From Phoronis australis (taxonomy: Eukaryota; Animalia; Phoronida), in the NCBI GenBank assembly GCA_002633005.1, contig NMRA01000037.1:453345-517344 (forward strand): a stretch of DNA of 64,000 bases, read 5' to 3'. Shown one piece after another: positions 39,201 to 64,000 of the stretch (position 1 is the stretch's first letter; every line of letters starts with the position of its first letter). The notes beneath the pieces are model-generated. The model saw nothing but the letters and a program-made list of their open reading frames with translations. It searched no databases and was not told the origin of the DNA. The translations under genes and the position numbers were made by a program.

Positions 39201-39357
39201 TTGTCCGTAGACACAGCACAATAGTCTTTGAAATAACTTGTCCCGCGAGTCACAGACAAGTGTGACGTCAACTACTCAGCAAATGTAGTCCAACGCTGGT
39301 CCAACGGCAACACTAGTCTCCACAGCTCAGGTGTCAACACCACTGCGAGTCACTTGA

Positions 39358-52037
<12,680 letters not shown>

Positions 52038-55000
52038 CTGCAAACACACAGGGCATTAGTTAGCATCTTGTTGGAGTGGAAAAGACATACAGCACTGATG
52101 CGTGTTCAAATATGCTAACAAACATCACAACTTGGACATGGCCCAGAGATCGCGTCCCTGGTAAAACGATTCAACTTTAAAACAATGGCAAGAAAACCCA
52201 CTTAGAATGCGGAAGTGAACTGTTCCCATGAACACAGGTTGCAGGAATACTGGGATACGTACAGCGGTGCAACAGTAGAGAGTTAAATACAGACAATAAC
52301 ATTTGCCAGAGCTTGCTGTTGTATCTGCCACAGAGGTACTGTCAATTCACATACTAGTAACACTAATGCAACAACGGGCATCTATTTATACAACCTCTTT
52401 GATAAAGTACTGCCTACACCTCCCCCTTTGGAAAACTTGTTCTCTGTAAATACTGCACAGTGGCGTCTAATTAAGTCAAGTGGATGTCGGAAGTGAACTG
52501 ATACAGGGAACAACAGCACAAAGAAAACCAGCGTAACCTCTACAGACTAATGTTCATGACACATGTCACGGAATGTTCCCGTATATGGATAACACAGCAT
52601 ACTGGTCAGGGAATACTGTACTCATTATGTTCTGTCATATTTGAACTATTGGTTCAGTAAGACACAACTTTGAGTAAATTTTGTTTAATACATCCACTCG
52701 TATGTCACCTGAGGCTCAGAACTACCTGCTAACAAAACATGTCTTAGACTGAAAACACGCGTACACTCCATGCAAGAGACCCTCTCCTCCGTCAGTCCAA
52801 CTCGAACCAACGGTGATGTCTCATCACCCAGTCTAAATTTGACAGTTTTAAAACATGTTAGTAAAACTCGTTCAAACATCTAAAATACCAGGTTGAAACA
52901 GAAAAATAAATGAACGTTAGTAATCAATGTTCAAAGATATTGAACAACGCAATGTAAAACACCTGAGGAATTTACATACCTAAAGTCTTGTCTGCCATTT
53001 TGAATCAGGCTACAATGTCAGTACAGTACACAATTATAAATGGCTTAAACATTTGGAATGCAATCATAAAACAGAACATTGTAATTTCCTCAAATTCAAC
53101 GTGATCCTAGAAAGTATGAACTTTGAAGACAGAAACTATACCAGACTATGAGTTACCCTGGATAATCCATGAACGCCAAACCATTCAATGTCAGAACTAC
53201 ATTTAACTTCATGTTGACTGATTCAGTATTACCAAAACTATTTAAATATTCTAGGAACATTGAGCCTGGTATGCTTTTGAAGCAGAATCCTATCACAGCA
53301 AGGAACATTATGAGGCTAACACTAAACACTAAACAGACAAATTCAGTTTTTTTCTTTAAGCCAATGAAATAGTGTGTAAAGTTATGTGACCATCAAATTT
53401 TACTTGAGAGACTCGACTCGAAAACTGGCAAATCATGTAACACACTTGGCGCAGAAATTTGAATTTCGTGCGATGTGATTGATCAACTTTCGAGCAGTTT
53501 TAATTTAATTTACTTTGGTGATCATGTATAACAATAGGTCAGGGTGAGACTGTCATGTCAATTAATCTAAATTTATTATGAATGTTGCAGTTGAACACCA
53601 GGGGCTTCTTGATTAGGTAACCATATGCACAAACTATGCAGGTGAAATGGTCAAGTCAACAATCTCAAATCTTCAATGCACAACAAAATTGTACCTCATG
53701 TAAAAATACAATGAAGAAAGATTGTAAAATGATGATCTTGGTCAAGGAAATGTGGTCAATTGCCCATGAACAAATAACCCACTCACAACTGAGTCACTCC
53801 CAATTCAAGGTCAAAGGGTACACATGCAGGGTTCATGACCCCCAGCAATCACAATAGCCAATCTGATAAAGACTGCTTAGCAGCCCACACACAACACATC
53901 TGACCACTGGCAGGAATAGTTCAAAGACAGAAACATTGTGGAGTTAAGTAGATTCTAACAGGACATAGCTAAGGACAGGGTCTGATACAGGACCATAAAC
54001 AGGGTCTGGAATATGATCATGAACAAAAACGGGGGCTTCTAATATTCTTCTACAACAAGGACAAATGAAACTGGTCAAGGTGTGATACAGACTGGCTTGT
54101 GGTTCATACACTCTGGATTCGGACCAGAATAGTAGTAAATTGTCAATCATGGTAGTGCCCACACTGCCCAATGTGAATGGGGAAAATTACAAAGTTTCCA
54201 GCACTACTGACAGAAGCTACTTCCAAACAGCCTACTGTGGCATGATCCTCACACTGAGAAAGTTGTTACTTGTTTTTGTACGTAATTAGGTCAAGAGTTG
54301 AGTTGAGACTATTGGCCGATTCATTAGTTGTATACGACAGTTCAATGAATTACCCCATTGCAGATGAGTAGATAGTGAATGCTTTATAACACCTATACGA
54401 TATATCGCACTTTTCACGTATCATGCCAAGTCCACTTCCCATCAAATACAAACAACGGTACTTCCTAACAAAACGTGTTTTAGCACGTGTATAAATCTAA
54501 ATCATAATTAATAAGATCATAACCATTCTACTCCACTCACAATGTTTAACTTTTAGAAGCTCTTTGACATTACAATGTCAAATAGAGTATCATGGGTTTC
54601 ATGGCCACTTGGCGCATAACTTCTGCCAAAGCGGTGGAGTTCAAACCAGACCACCTTGGCTATTACAAATCAATGGGTAAGTAAGTGTACAGTGTGTTCA
54701 AAATGTGTTTTAACAACAGATGGGAACCACGTGACAAGCACCTCCAGCCGATGAACAAATACTGCCCAAATATACTGCCCAATACAGACAAGGTTTGTAA
54801 AACATGTACAAAAGACAAACAGACCGCTAACACAGTAACAGACTACAGCCGTTGAAATGAGAATTTCCATACGATTGAGTTCCAAAGAATCTTTTGAGGA
54901 CTGGTGTTGTTACTTTAAGGCACTTTGTAAGTTAAGCAAAATTTTGAACACAGATCATACAGCAGTTCTTCACTTCTTTAGCATACAATCAGAATGTGGC

Positions 55001-55274
55001 CGACAACCAAAATTTCATTTTGTTAAATTCCTCAGCAAAAGAGGATAAAATATACATTTTAGCCTATTACCCGCATGGTTTGTAATGTGGTAAAATTTCC
55101 ATTATTTGCATATGGTAATCAGCCATTGATAATAGAAAAATTATTATTTTGCCAATTATCTTTGTGCGAAAAAAGGAGAATTGTTGTAACCTCTGAAATA
55201 ATCTAATATCGAAAAACCGACTTAACTTTTGTGAAAAACTATGGTTACTGCTCTGCACTAAAAGGACAGAAACA

Positions 55275-55337
55275 TTCATGTTCACATGCCCTGTTCACAT
55301 GTTCTGTCCACATGTCATGTTCACATGTCCTGTTCAC
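55275..55337 (+). repeat. 13-bp tandem repeat (TGTTCACATGTCC-like), about 5 copies
   Basis: Directly visible in the sequence. Confidence 0.8.
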
Positions 55338-56618
55338 AAATATACGTATAGAAGTTCAAGGGTACTATTTTATACAACGGGTCGATTTGACAACCTACCC
55401 CTGGTCAACGAGATCTGGCCTTCTTTACGAAACTGGTAATACCCCCACCCCCAAGTTGCCACATCGTTGCCATAGTTATCCAACTGGAGGACACATTTGA
55501 AACTACTACAAGTAACCACACAGAACTCAAAACTGCATAGCAAAAACCATAAGGCTGACGCATGTAGACAACGTTCCCAACAGTCCGCTTCTCATTTGAG
55601 TAGAGGCCAGCCCCTGTTGGATAAGGTCCCAGGGGGAAATTTGGTCCTCCCTGAGCAGGTAGGTAGTACACCCCTAATTTTCGATTCAAAGGTAGCACAC
55701 CCCTAATTATCAATTCAAAAAAGCTCAGGCATTTTCAGGTATTTCATACAGCGAACATTTCCCCATTTCAGACTGTTGCAACATACGCCATTTGAGGAGG
55801 CCACGATTTCATACTCCCGCATACGGGATGTTCTCATTTTGGTGAGCTCATTTCCCATTTGGTGACATTATGCTAAGTATTGAGGTGATTTTCTGTTTGG
55901 AAAAGTCAAGGCACAGTAATTCAACTTAGAAACAATAAAACTTTGGCTCAACTGCATTGATATTGGTTAATTTGCAAAGCAAAACACGACATTGGTAACA
56001 GTACGTTATTAGGGTAAAAATCAAGTACACAAGCGGATCTTCACGTCACATTTCTCAAATAACTTCAGAAAATTATTTTGTTATGAGAACAGTTTGTATG
56101 GTATGGCTAGCACCAAAACAATGCAATTATTGAACTGCAATTTGACTGGCACTTGAAATATTTAGCTCTAAATCAAAAATTTCTTACTCTAAGTAGGATG
56201 AGTTTCCCACAATGCATTTGTGGGTGGGTAAGTCGAACCACTACAAACTTGGTGCACACAGAATACCAGGGATGTTGAGAACTAGACCCAATAACAACAA
56301 GGTCAAAGGTTAGTCACAACAAAATACCACATTATACAAATGTTTTTTCTCATCCAGTAAGGGTGCAAAGATGAAGGTGTAAATAAATCAAGTACCAGAA
56401 CTTACATTACAGGGAAATTCTAGCTGTGTTTTGGCTTTGTCCCAAAACTGTCTATTGGCTAAAAAATATGGCGACAGGCAGCTCAGGAGGCACCATAAGG
56501 CTTGGTCTCAAATGTGAGGCAAGCCTATTTGGAAATGCTTTTCCAATGTCGCTGTCGTGCGAGAGGCAGCTTAGCTAACACCATACAGCTGGTCCCAGAT
56601 AACATACAAGAAGAAAAG

Positions 56619-56817
56619 CAGTCCACTAAGCCTAGTTAGAGATGTTTTTTTGATTACCTCACATATCGCCACCATCACTGTCTCCTGAATCAACCAGTCT
56701 CACTATTCAGTACTTTAAAATCTCCTATATCGAAGTGGTTCAGATCAGTGAAGAAGGCGGTGATATGTCACAGAATAAAAAAATAGATTCGTAACTTTAA
56801 ATAGGCTTAGTGGACTG
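56619..56817. mobile_element. MITE with perfect 16-bp TIRs
   Basis: CAGTCCACTAAGCCTA and TAGGCTTAGTGGACTG, with inner arms ACATATCGCCACC and GGCGGTGATATGT. Both flanks read AG, a possible 2-bp TSD. Confidence 0.75.
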
Positions 56818-57244
56818 AGTTTCGACTTGCCTCATACCTTGGAGAACTGCTGTCAGGTGTCTCGCGAGGAGCCCGTCACATGACACCCGTGGTGCAGGAG
56901 CAGGACACACCAAGTATCATTCAGTTGGTACGCGTAAGTTAGACTACTGTAAGTTCTAGAATTTGATTTTACACCTTCAGCTTTAAAATACCACAACGTT
57001 CTGGCTTGGCAGAGCAATCGCTCACTTGCTGCCATTTTGCTACTGTACATGAGAAAGCTCTAATGCTTACATGCAAAATGGTCGTCTTCACTCACGTGTT
57101 TTGCGTGGTCTTGCCTGACCTCCTCAAATTCTGCAGATAACTGGGTGAAAGTATATGCCGTGGATTGCCAATTTTCCCTTCAATGTTATGGTACATTACG
57201 TAACTGCAACACTGGGCGACAGGATTTAGGACAAAAGCGAGACA

Positions 57245-57565
57245 CAGACCTGCCAAGGGGTATAACAACTTTGCTGGAGGTTGGTTGAAATTTTGCTTGA
57301 GATTAGACAAATTTGCTCAAAATTTGCTTGAGGTTCCTGGCGATATCTTCACTAACTATCAAACTTTATATATCCTACAATATAAGACTTAACTAGTCGT
57401 ATTACAGTAATAAAAAAAACATTTTATAAGCGTAGAAAACTAGGATTTTGAAAATTTATGACCAAAAAATTCCTTTTGCGTGATAGTTTAAGGCTCGCGT
57501 GAGTGCGTGAAGCAGTGGCCAAATGCGTGAGAGTCACGCGAGATGCGTGAGACTTGACAGGTGTG
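57245..57565. mobile_element. MITE with 13-bp TIRs and a 6-bp TSD
   Basis: CAGACCTGCCAAG and CTTGACAGGTGTG, with GAGACA duplicated on both sides and subterminal GCGTGA repeats. Confidence 0.75.
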
Positions 57566-58376
57566 GAGACACTGGCAACAAACCAGGGGCACATAAAGAA
57601 AACGCAGAATAGAGAGACATATGCAATGAGAAATCTTTGCAAGTGGAATGGAAACCGAACGTTCTACCCAATAATTCAGATTCCGGAACTGAAGACCAGT
57701 CACCTCAGTAGTTGCCAGTTCGCTTGTGTAAACGAGCAAGGTAACCATGCTTACTCGCAAAATGGTCATCTTTGTTCACGTGATTTTGCGTGGTCTTGCG
57801 TGACGTCCCCAAATTCGAGTAAAACTTGCTCTATGGAACACAGCATGGTCAACATCTCATTGTGTCTATAGCATATAATAGCAAATAGAATGAAAACTCA
57901 TGGATTCCCACTTTCTGAGAGTTCAGTCTTATAGAGCTACAGTGAGCAAAATTTTGCTAACATGACTAGTACCTTGGGACAACCTATTTCACACAAAGGC
58001 AAGTGTTGATCGTTTGGATTTAGATTTGCTTGTGTTATGTTTGGCTTCACTCTTATTTAATGTTACTTTAAGTTGGTCCTTTTTTACCTGCCAAAGCAGT
58101 ACTCAATGTAGTTTATAAGTCTTAAATGTATTTTACAAACCTAAACTTGACTTTTAAAAGTCATCCAAAAATTGAGAAAATAGTCACAACTTATTAAGAG
58201 GTTAGGGAAGTCAGTGAGGTCGAACTGAAGACTGGTGAACTGTTCAGTCTTGAAAAGAAGAATATTCACCACAGTAATCCCTCGCCAAACAACTTAGAAC
58301 ACTGAACTACTGTAAGAGATAAAAATGAAAGTAACGTCGAGTCCTCTTGTAAAAACAAGATTCGTCAAAATCATAC

Positions 58377-58440
58377 CTACACTTTTGTATCTTCGACAGA
58401 CTTGTCCCATACTCTGGTGTCGTTCAGAAACTTGTGCCAT
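58377..58440 (-). CDS. Candidate alternative first coding exon of GSK3 (MAQVSERHQSMGQVCRRYKSV-G)
   Basis: ATG in good context (gaaaATGG), 64 nt, ending at a G|gtatga donor in phase 1, which is the phase needed by the exon starting at 52037. There is no homology support. Confidence 0.35.
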
Positions 58441-59159
58441 TTTCTGGCGAATAACAAGGGGAAAACAGCATGATTGAGAGCAGCGTTGTCCCAACCATCA
58501 CAAACACAGCACCTCACCATTGTCAAAATGTCAAAAAGTCCTTGTAACCACTCCACAACCACCCACGGACAACAGGAAATCAAGATTTACTGTACTTATC
58601 GCTCATGCTCCGTCTTTCGGGACAGCCACTGACATGCTGGCGGCAAATTGATCGTCTACGATCCACTGCAGGTGATCCACCGCAGGTGATCCACCGTGGT
58701 CTAATTACTCGTTTCCAGGTTTCCTTTCGCACCCCAAAACGTCAGTTCTTAACAATTTTAGTAACCATAACAGTGGGAGCAGTCAGTTGAACCAATGAGT
58801 TAAATACAGATCACAGGTTAAACTGAGCAATCCCAGACACACTGCATACAGCCACTCAGTGTGAGACCACATACATGATGAGGCACATGATAACTAAATA
58901 ACACCTGGAAGATGTCTACAACATATGTACATACCCTATGGAGATCTACACTTTATGGAACAGGGTCAATGTCCTAGCAACCAACATCAAAGAGACTACG
59001 TATATAGACAATGACCACAAATTCAAAATATTGTGAAGCTCTTCACAACTTGAAGACTGCCATGCAAATGGTACTTTTTCGAGTGTTTATGACCACTGAA
59101 TGACACAGAACACAAAACCTGCAAAAATGGCAAGCAACCCTCATCACACAAATAGAGAT

Positions 59160-59851
59160 ATATTTATCAAATTTCATGAAAATCTGTTAAGTGAGGAAAG
59201 CGTTACCTTACTAATAGGTGCCTAAGTACCAAATTTTATGAAAATACGTTGAGGACCTTTGAAGATACAGAGGTAAAAGTAAAAAACTAAAATTGCCACT
59301 AAGGGGCACACCGGTAGTCGGATCCGTCCGAATGTTCGCTCATGCCGCCCCATCCGTGAAAGGAAAACGTGTGCAAAATTTCATGAAAATACGTCAAGGG
59401 GGTTTTGGAGATAGAGCAGCGGATGCCGGACACTAGACGGATGCCGGACGGAGATGACAGCATAATGCATCCACATATAAATATGTGGGCGCGTAAAAAT
59501 TGGGTTAAGGAGATATAGCAGCGAACACAAAACACAAATTGCCACTAGAGGATGCCACAGTACTCGAACCCATCCGAAAATCAATGTCAGTCATATTCTC
59601 AGCAGAAACAGAAATGCCAATTTTCACAATAATCCTGCCAGCAGTTTGGTGGAAAGAGAAGCAGATGACAAAAAATGGGAATCTTAGAAAATCAACAAAA
59701 TGGGTACTGGGAGGTGCAGAATACATCAAATCTGCCTCAAGATGGGAAGGAGTAGTCGTCTCATTAACTCCGAAGATACAACAGAGAACGAAAAGTAAAA
59801 GAGGCAGATGCTGAGGCAGAGATGTCAACAAAATATGTGGGCGCATAAAAA
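59160..59851 (+). mobile_element. Helentron/DINE-1-like fragments
   Basis: Repeated AAATTTCATGAAAAT cores, GGATGCCGGAC repeats, and a terminal palindrome CCACATATAAATATGTGG followed by GCGCGTAAAAA. A second terminus, ATATGTGGGCGCATAAAAA, lies near 59833-59851. Confidence 0.5.
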
Positions 59852-60322
59852 GCAAAGCTGTAGTCACAAAAGTTTGTCTTGCTTGAAGAGATGAATGCAT
59901 ACCGTCAAACAGCAATCCAAGTTTAAAACTTGGTAGGCCATCACGCGATACTGGTCATGGACGCCCTGAGAAAGTGAGACCCATTTTGGACACCTAATTT
60001 CTGAAATTCTGGATGATCTTATGAGACCCCGGCATTTACAAACATAGGTCGACATTGCCCAAAATACCAAACAAAACTACAGGATCAAAATAATTCACCA
60101 ACTCTCACTTGGTTATGCAACATGCTGCAATTATCACCATTACCACAAAACTGTTTCAGAGTAGTATTGTACCCCTACTGAGCACCTCCCCAAATGTCAT
60201 TCCCCAAAATTTAAGTCCCTTTCATACTAGCCTCGGTGTTTTTGGGAGTTGCAGTTACTGTGAACGTTTAAATTCGTTCCTGGATTGAAGTCAACAGAAC
60301 CAGTTTACTCTGCAATATAAAG

Positions 60323-60796
60323 CAGGGCTTGGAATGACCAATGACAAAAAACGCGGAAACTTTTACGGCCCAAATCATGCGCGCTACCCAGCCTTGAAAT
60401 GGTCGATGTGAACCTTTTCCCGACAAAAGTCGGGAGGACTAAAAAAAAAAAACTTTACCGCCATCAGTACCATGCGTCTGCGTCCTTTTAGCTCGTCCGT
60501 CCACTCCCAGCCCACACATTTTTGGCTGCAGAGCCGTAGTATTTGTCGCCGCGGTTTACAATAACACGAGACGCCATTGAAAATCCCACCACGCTATCCC
60601 AGATGCCCCGGCAATGTTGACAATTTACGTTCCTCCGAAACATAAAGGGCAACTTCCGCTTTTCGAGGTGAACGTCGTCTGCAACGCCGCGGTAAGAAAG
60701 GAATTTGCCGCGGAAATATTGTATCAAATCCGATTTTTTTACAGAACATTTGAAAAAAGCGGAAATCCGCGTTTCCACGGAAAATTCCAAGCCCTG
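60323..60796. mobile_element. MITE, copy 1 of the CAGGGCTTGGAAT family (6-bp TSD ATAAAG)
   Basis: TIRs CAGGGCTTGGAAT and ATTCCAAGCCCTG with ATAAAG on both flanks. Highly similar to 61692-62197. Confidence 0.9.
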
Positions 60797-61691
60797 ATAA
60801 AGGTGAATTTAACGATGAACCCTCGACACTTCGGCGTGATATAAATTGTCAACATCAGTCCCACCAGCAGGGGTCACAGCTATCACAATTATGATTTACT
60901 TCAATGTCTGTTAACTACAGTACCGGGAATGAATGGTTCAACTAACTCTGCAGTTGTACATCAACGCTCCTCTCCCACCAAAACTGAGATAGTACGAAAG
61001 GGTCTATAAAGGGCCTACAGATACATTAACTTTGGTGTGAAAGCCTCGGCTCGTTCAACAGTACCCTTTGTGTAAAAAGCTGAACTAAAGGACTTGTTTA
61101 CTCCAGAGTGCACTTTTCTGTGCTCAATCATCCACGGAGTGGAGTGCTATTTACCATCATAATTTCATGTCATCTATCATGTGTTTAACCACAGACCAGT
61201 ATACCATGTCAACATGAGGAATACCCCATCTCCATCAACAGCTGGGTAGAGATTCCAGTGCAGGCTAGACGGGCAACCCCAGCTTTTGACATCACAAAAC
61301 CACCAGGCTATCAGTAACAGAAGGCCCCGGCATACAACACCGGTACCGGAGATTTTCAATAAAGTGTCTTCGCCACTTTTCAGTAATCATTTCTTCATGT
61401 CACTTTTACGCCTTTTCAGAAACTTGATTTTGCTGTCCTTTGAACACGTCCTGATACGTTTGAAATGACACGCTGATGAGCGCATACCAGTTGATGGGTT
61501 GAGTACTGAGATGTTTTATGTAAACAATCATGTACGATGCACCTGAGGTCATTTCAGAAGCACGTGTCAAAAATTACCACTCACTTGGTGAACAGGAACT
61601 GGGAAAGTACTTCATTACAAATGTTAACTATGATAAATACCATACTTTTCTTAATACTACCAGTCACTTTTTGTAGCCCTCATTTTCAAGA

Positions 61692-62197
61692 CAGGGCTTG
61701 GAATGACCAATGACAAAAAACGCGGATACTTCGAAACTTTTACGGCCCAAATCATGCTCAATAACCAGCCTTGAAATGATCAATGTGAACCTTTCCCCGA
61801 CAAAAATCGGGAGGACTAAAAAAAAAACGTTACCACCATCAGTAGCATGCGTCTGCGTCCTTTTAGCTCGCCCGTCCACTCCCAACCCACACATTTTTGG
61901 CTGCGGAGCGGTAGTATTTGTGGCCGCGCTTAACAATAACACGAGACGCCATTGAAAATCCCACCACGCTGTCCCAGATGCCCCGGCAATGTTGACAATT
62001 TACATTCCTCCGAAACATAAAGAGCAACTTCCGCTTTTCGAGGTGAACGTCGTCTGCAACGCCGCAGTAAGAAAGGAATTTGCCGCGGAAATTTTGTATC
62101 AAATCCGATTTTTTTACGTGGAAATATTATAAAAAAAGCGGAAAGCACATTTGAAAAAAGCGGAAATCCGCGTTTCTGCGGAAAATTCCAAGCCCTG
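61692..62197. mobile_element. MITE, copy 2 of the CAGGGCTTGGAAT family (6-bp TSD TCAAGA)
   Basis: Same TIRs and interior as 60323-60796 but a different TSD (TCAAGA), so it is an independent insertion. Confidence 0.9.
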
Positions 62198-62380
62198 TCA
62201 AGAAAAGGTTCAATGGGTCCTTTTTGATGATGGGTGTTTTGCAGGACAAGTATTTATGGGTCTGGCCGTCCCATTTCTCTACCGTGTGGTCCTATTCAAG
62301 TCAAAGTTGAAACAACTACGGGCCATTCCATAGCAACTCAACCCCAATAGTAAAGGAGTGTTGATGTAAACTGCAAAATT

Positions 62381-62599
62381 CAGGGCTTGGAATGACCAAT
62401 GACAAAAATGGGGAAAATTTTCTAGGGGAAATATCATTCCACAAATAAATAGCCTAGTGTGATGGCAATATTTTTGTGTTGCAATAACTAAAATAAAGTC
62501 AAAATAATGATAAAAAAGAGAGGAAATTGGAAATCAAATAAGAGGAAATCGAAACCAAAAAGAGGAAATCTTATTAAAAGAGGAAAAATCCAAGATCTG
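62381..62599. mobile_element. Related MITE with the same left end and a different interior
   Basis: Starts CAGGGCTTGGAATGACCAATGACAAAAA, has AGAGGAAA repeats inside and ends ATCCAAGATCTG. The flanks AAAATT and GAAATT form a TSD with one mismatch. Confidence 0.65.
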
Positions 62600-64000
62600 G
62601 AAATTACTGCAGTCGAACCTTTCACACCAGCTTCAATAGCTAGCGAAAATCACAGTGACTGCAGTTACAGCAAAAGTTCCCTAGTTTGGAACATGTAGAA
62701 ATTATAAGGAGACAGGTGAACAGCAAACAAAACCAATTTCAGTAACAGCAAAACAAAAAGATTGTATTGGGGGAAAACAAGTGCACATACAGGACTGAGG
62801 TCAAAGGTCAATACAACATCCACAGAATATTCTCTAGAAATTGAGACATTGAAATTCGAGCCAAAATTAAATTTTCTTGATAGGAACACGTGCAATTTGG
62901 CATTCAACATGTTTCTCAAATATTGGACACCGCAGTTTGCATCAACATTTTTCTCGAGATTCTTTAATTTGGGATGGCCTATTTGGTACAAGCTCCGGCC
63001 TTGAACAAAATAATAAAATTTTCACTATCCCAAATTAGAGAATTTTTACTGCAGATGCGCGAGTCATCAAAGTTTTCGCAAGATGATGCTCCGGAAATGT
63101 TATACAGGTGTAATTTTTTCAAAGTTTAACCTATCGTAATCAATGAAATGAAGTGCTTATGGCAAAAAGATAAACATTTGCAAAAAATTATCAAACAATA
63201 CAATGCATGCAGCCATTGACGGTGACACCTGGCTGCCGATAACTCAGATGACACTGAATTGACACATATACGCTCTGCTAACTCCATCTGTTATTAATAT
63301 TGGACCAGGACCAAAGTGAACCGTTCAAAATTCATACCGAGGGACATTCCCCAAGACAACAGTGACAGAGATATGGTAAGAGTAGCCAAGAGTTAGACCG
63401 AAACACTAACTGTAAGGCACTCAACTTCACTATCTGACAACGCTGGTAGAAATATACCACCACATTGTAATGTTCAAGCCAGTTTATATTTACAGGATAA
63501 TAACAAATGCACTCTTAAAAATTTTATCAGTCTTCCTTATTTTGCACATAGAAAGGCAAACTGAACATAGGGTTCCCCCCTCCCCCCAATGAGACCTAAC
63601 CATGATCAAAGTGTTAAGATCAAAGAAAGCACTGCAGTAGAGACACCTGTCCCAGACCACATAACGCCTGTGAACCAACTACCTATTCTTAGACCAGTCA
63701 CAACTCCACACAGCTAATAGGACTCAAGAGGTAGAATGAGCCCATTTGTACTAGATAAACACTCAACAACATAGAAACGGCAGAGGCCATTAATTTTACA
63801 ACAGTGTCAACCCTTACTGTAATTAACTTTCTCAGTGTGGTCTTGTTCACTGCAGACTACTAGGATAGTTAGGCACAGTCACTTGCTTGCGACTTCCTGT
63901 AACTTGTGTCAGACTAAGTTGATTGACAAACGACAGGTTTTGGGAAATTCTTGTTAACTAGCCAATGCCAAAGAGACAAGGCACAAATGGCAGCGGGACT

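Noticed and set aside
56837-57050. Possible GSK3 first exon (MAASERLL...) near a gtatga donor
   Set aside because: The ATG frame stops before the donor, and the phase-1 frame has no ATG after its last stop. At most it is a non-coding exon.
58441-58494. MGQRCSQSCC N-terminus suggesting a myristoylated and palmitoylated GSK3
   Set aside because: The ORF-track start at 58494 is TTG, not ATG, with an in-frame TGA just upstream. The first real ATG in that frame is 58440.
60488-62148. Several 70-100 aa ORFs repeated in the two MITE copies
   Set aside because: They are frameshifted between the copies, show no transposase motifs, and the elements are too short to be autonomous.

Overview
This is AT-rich animal genomic DNA with GT-AG spliceosomal introns. 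The repeat types suggest a marine invertebrate, possibly a lophotrochozoan, but that is inference only. Most entries in the ORF track are spurious, so I assembled genes by hand from splice sites and reading phase. There are five genes: the first two exons of GBE1 (-, runs off the left edge); a complete 11-exon, 748-aa ORF I cannot assign to a family (+, head-to-head with GBE1); complete PEX19 (-, 8 exons, CaaX end CSIM); complete LRRC58 (+, 3 exons, head-to-head with PEX19); and GSK3 (-, 8 exons, tail-to-tail with LRRC58, canonical Ser9 exon 1 not seen). Introns contain tRNA-derived SINEs, several MITE families (including a cluster with 6-bp target-site duplications), Helentron-like elements, minisatellites and two gap-flanking duplications that look like assembly artefacts. 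The most notable observations are the unassigned 748-aa gene, a candidate alternative GSK3 first exon lacking the Ser9 motif, a Cys-to-Ile change before the GSK3 DFG motif, and LRRC58-GSK3 linkage shared with human. I found no CRISPR array, rRNA, intact tRNA or prokaryote-type system, and nothing I can support as a wholly new multi-gene system.
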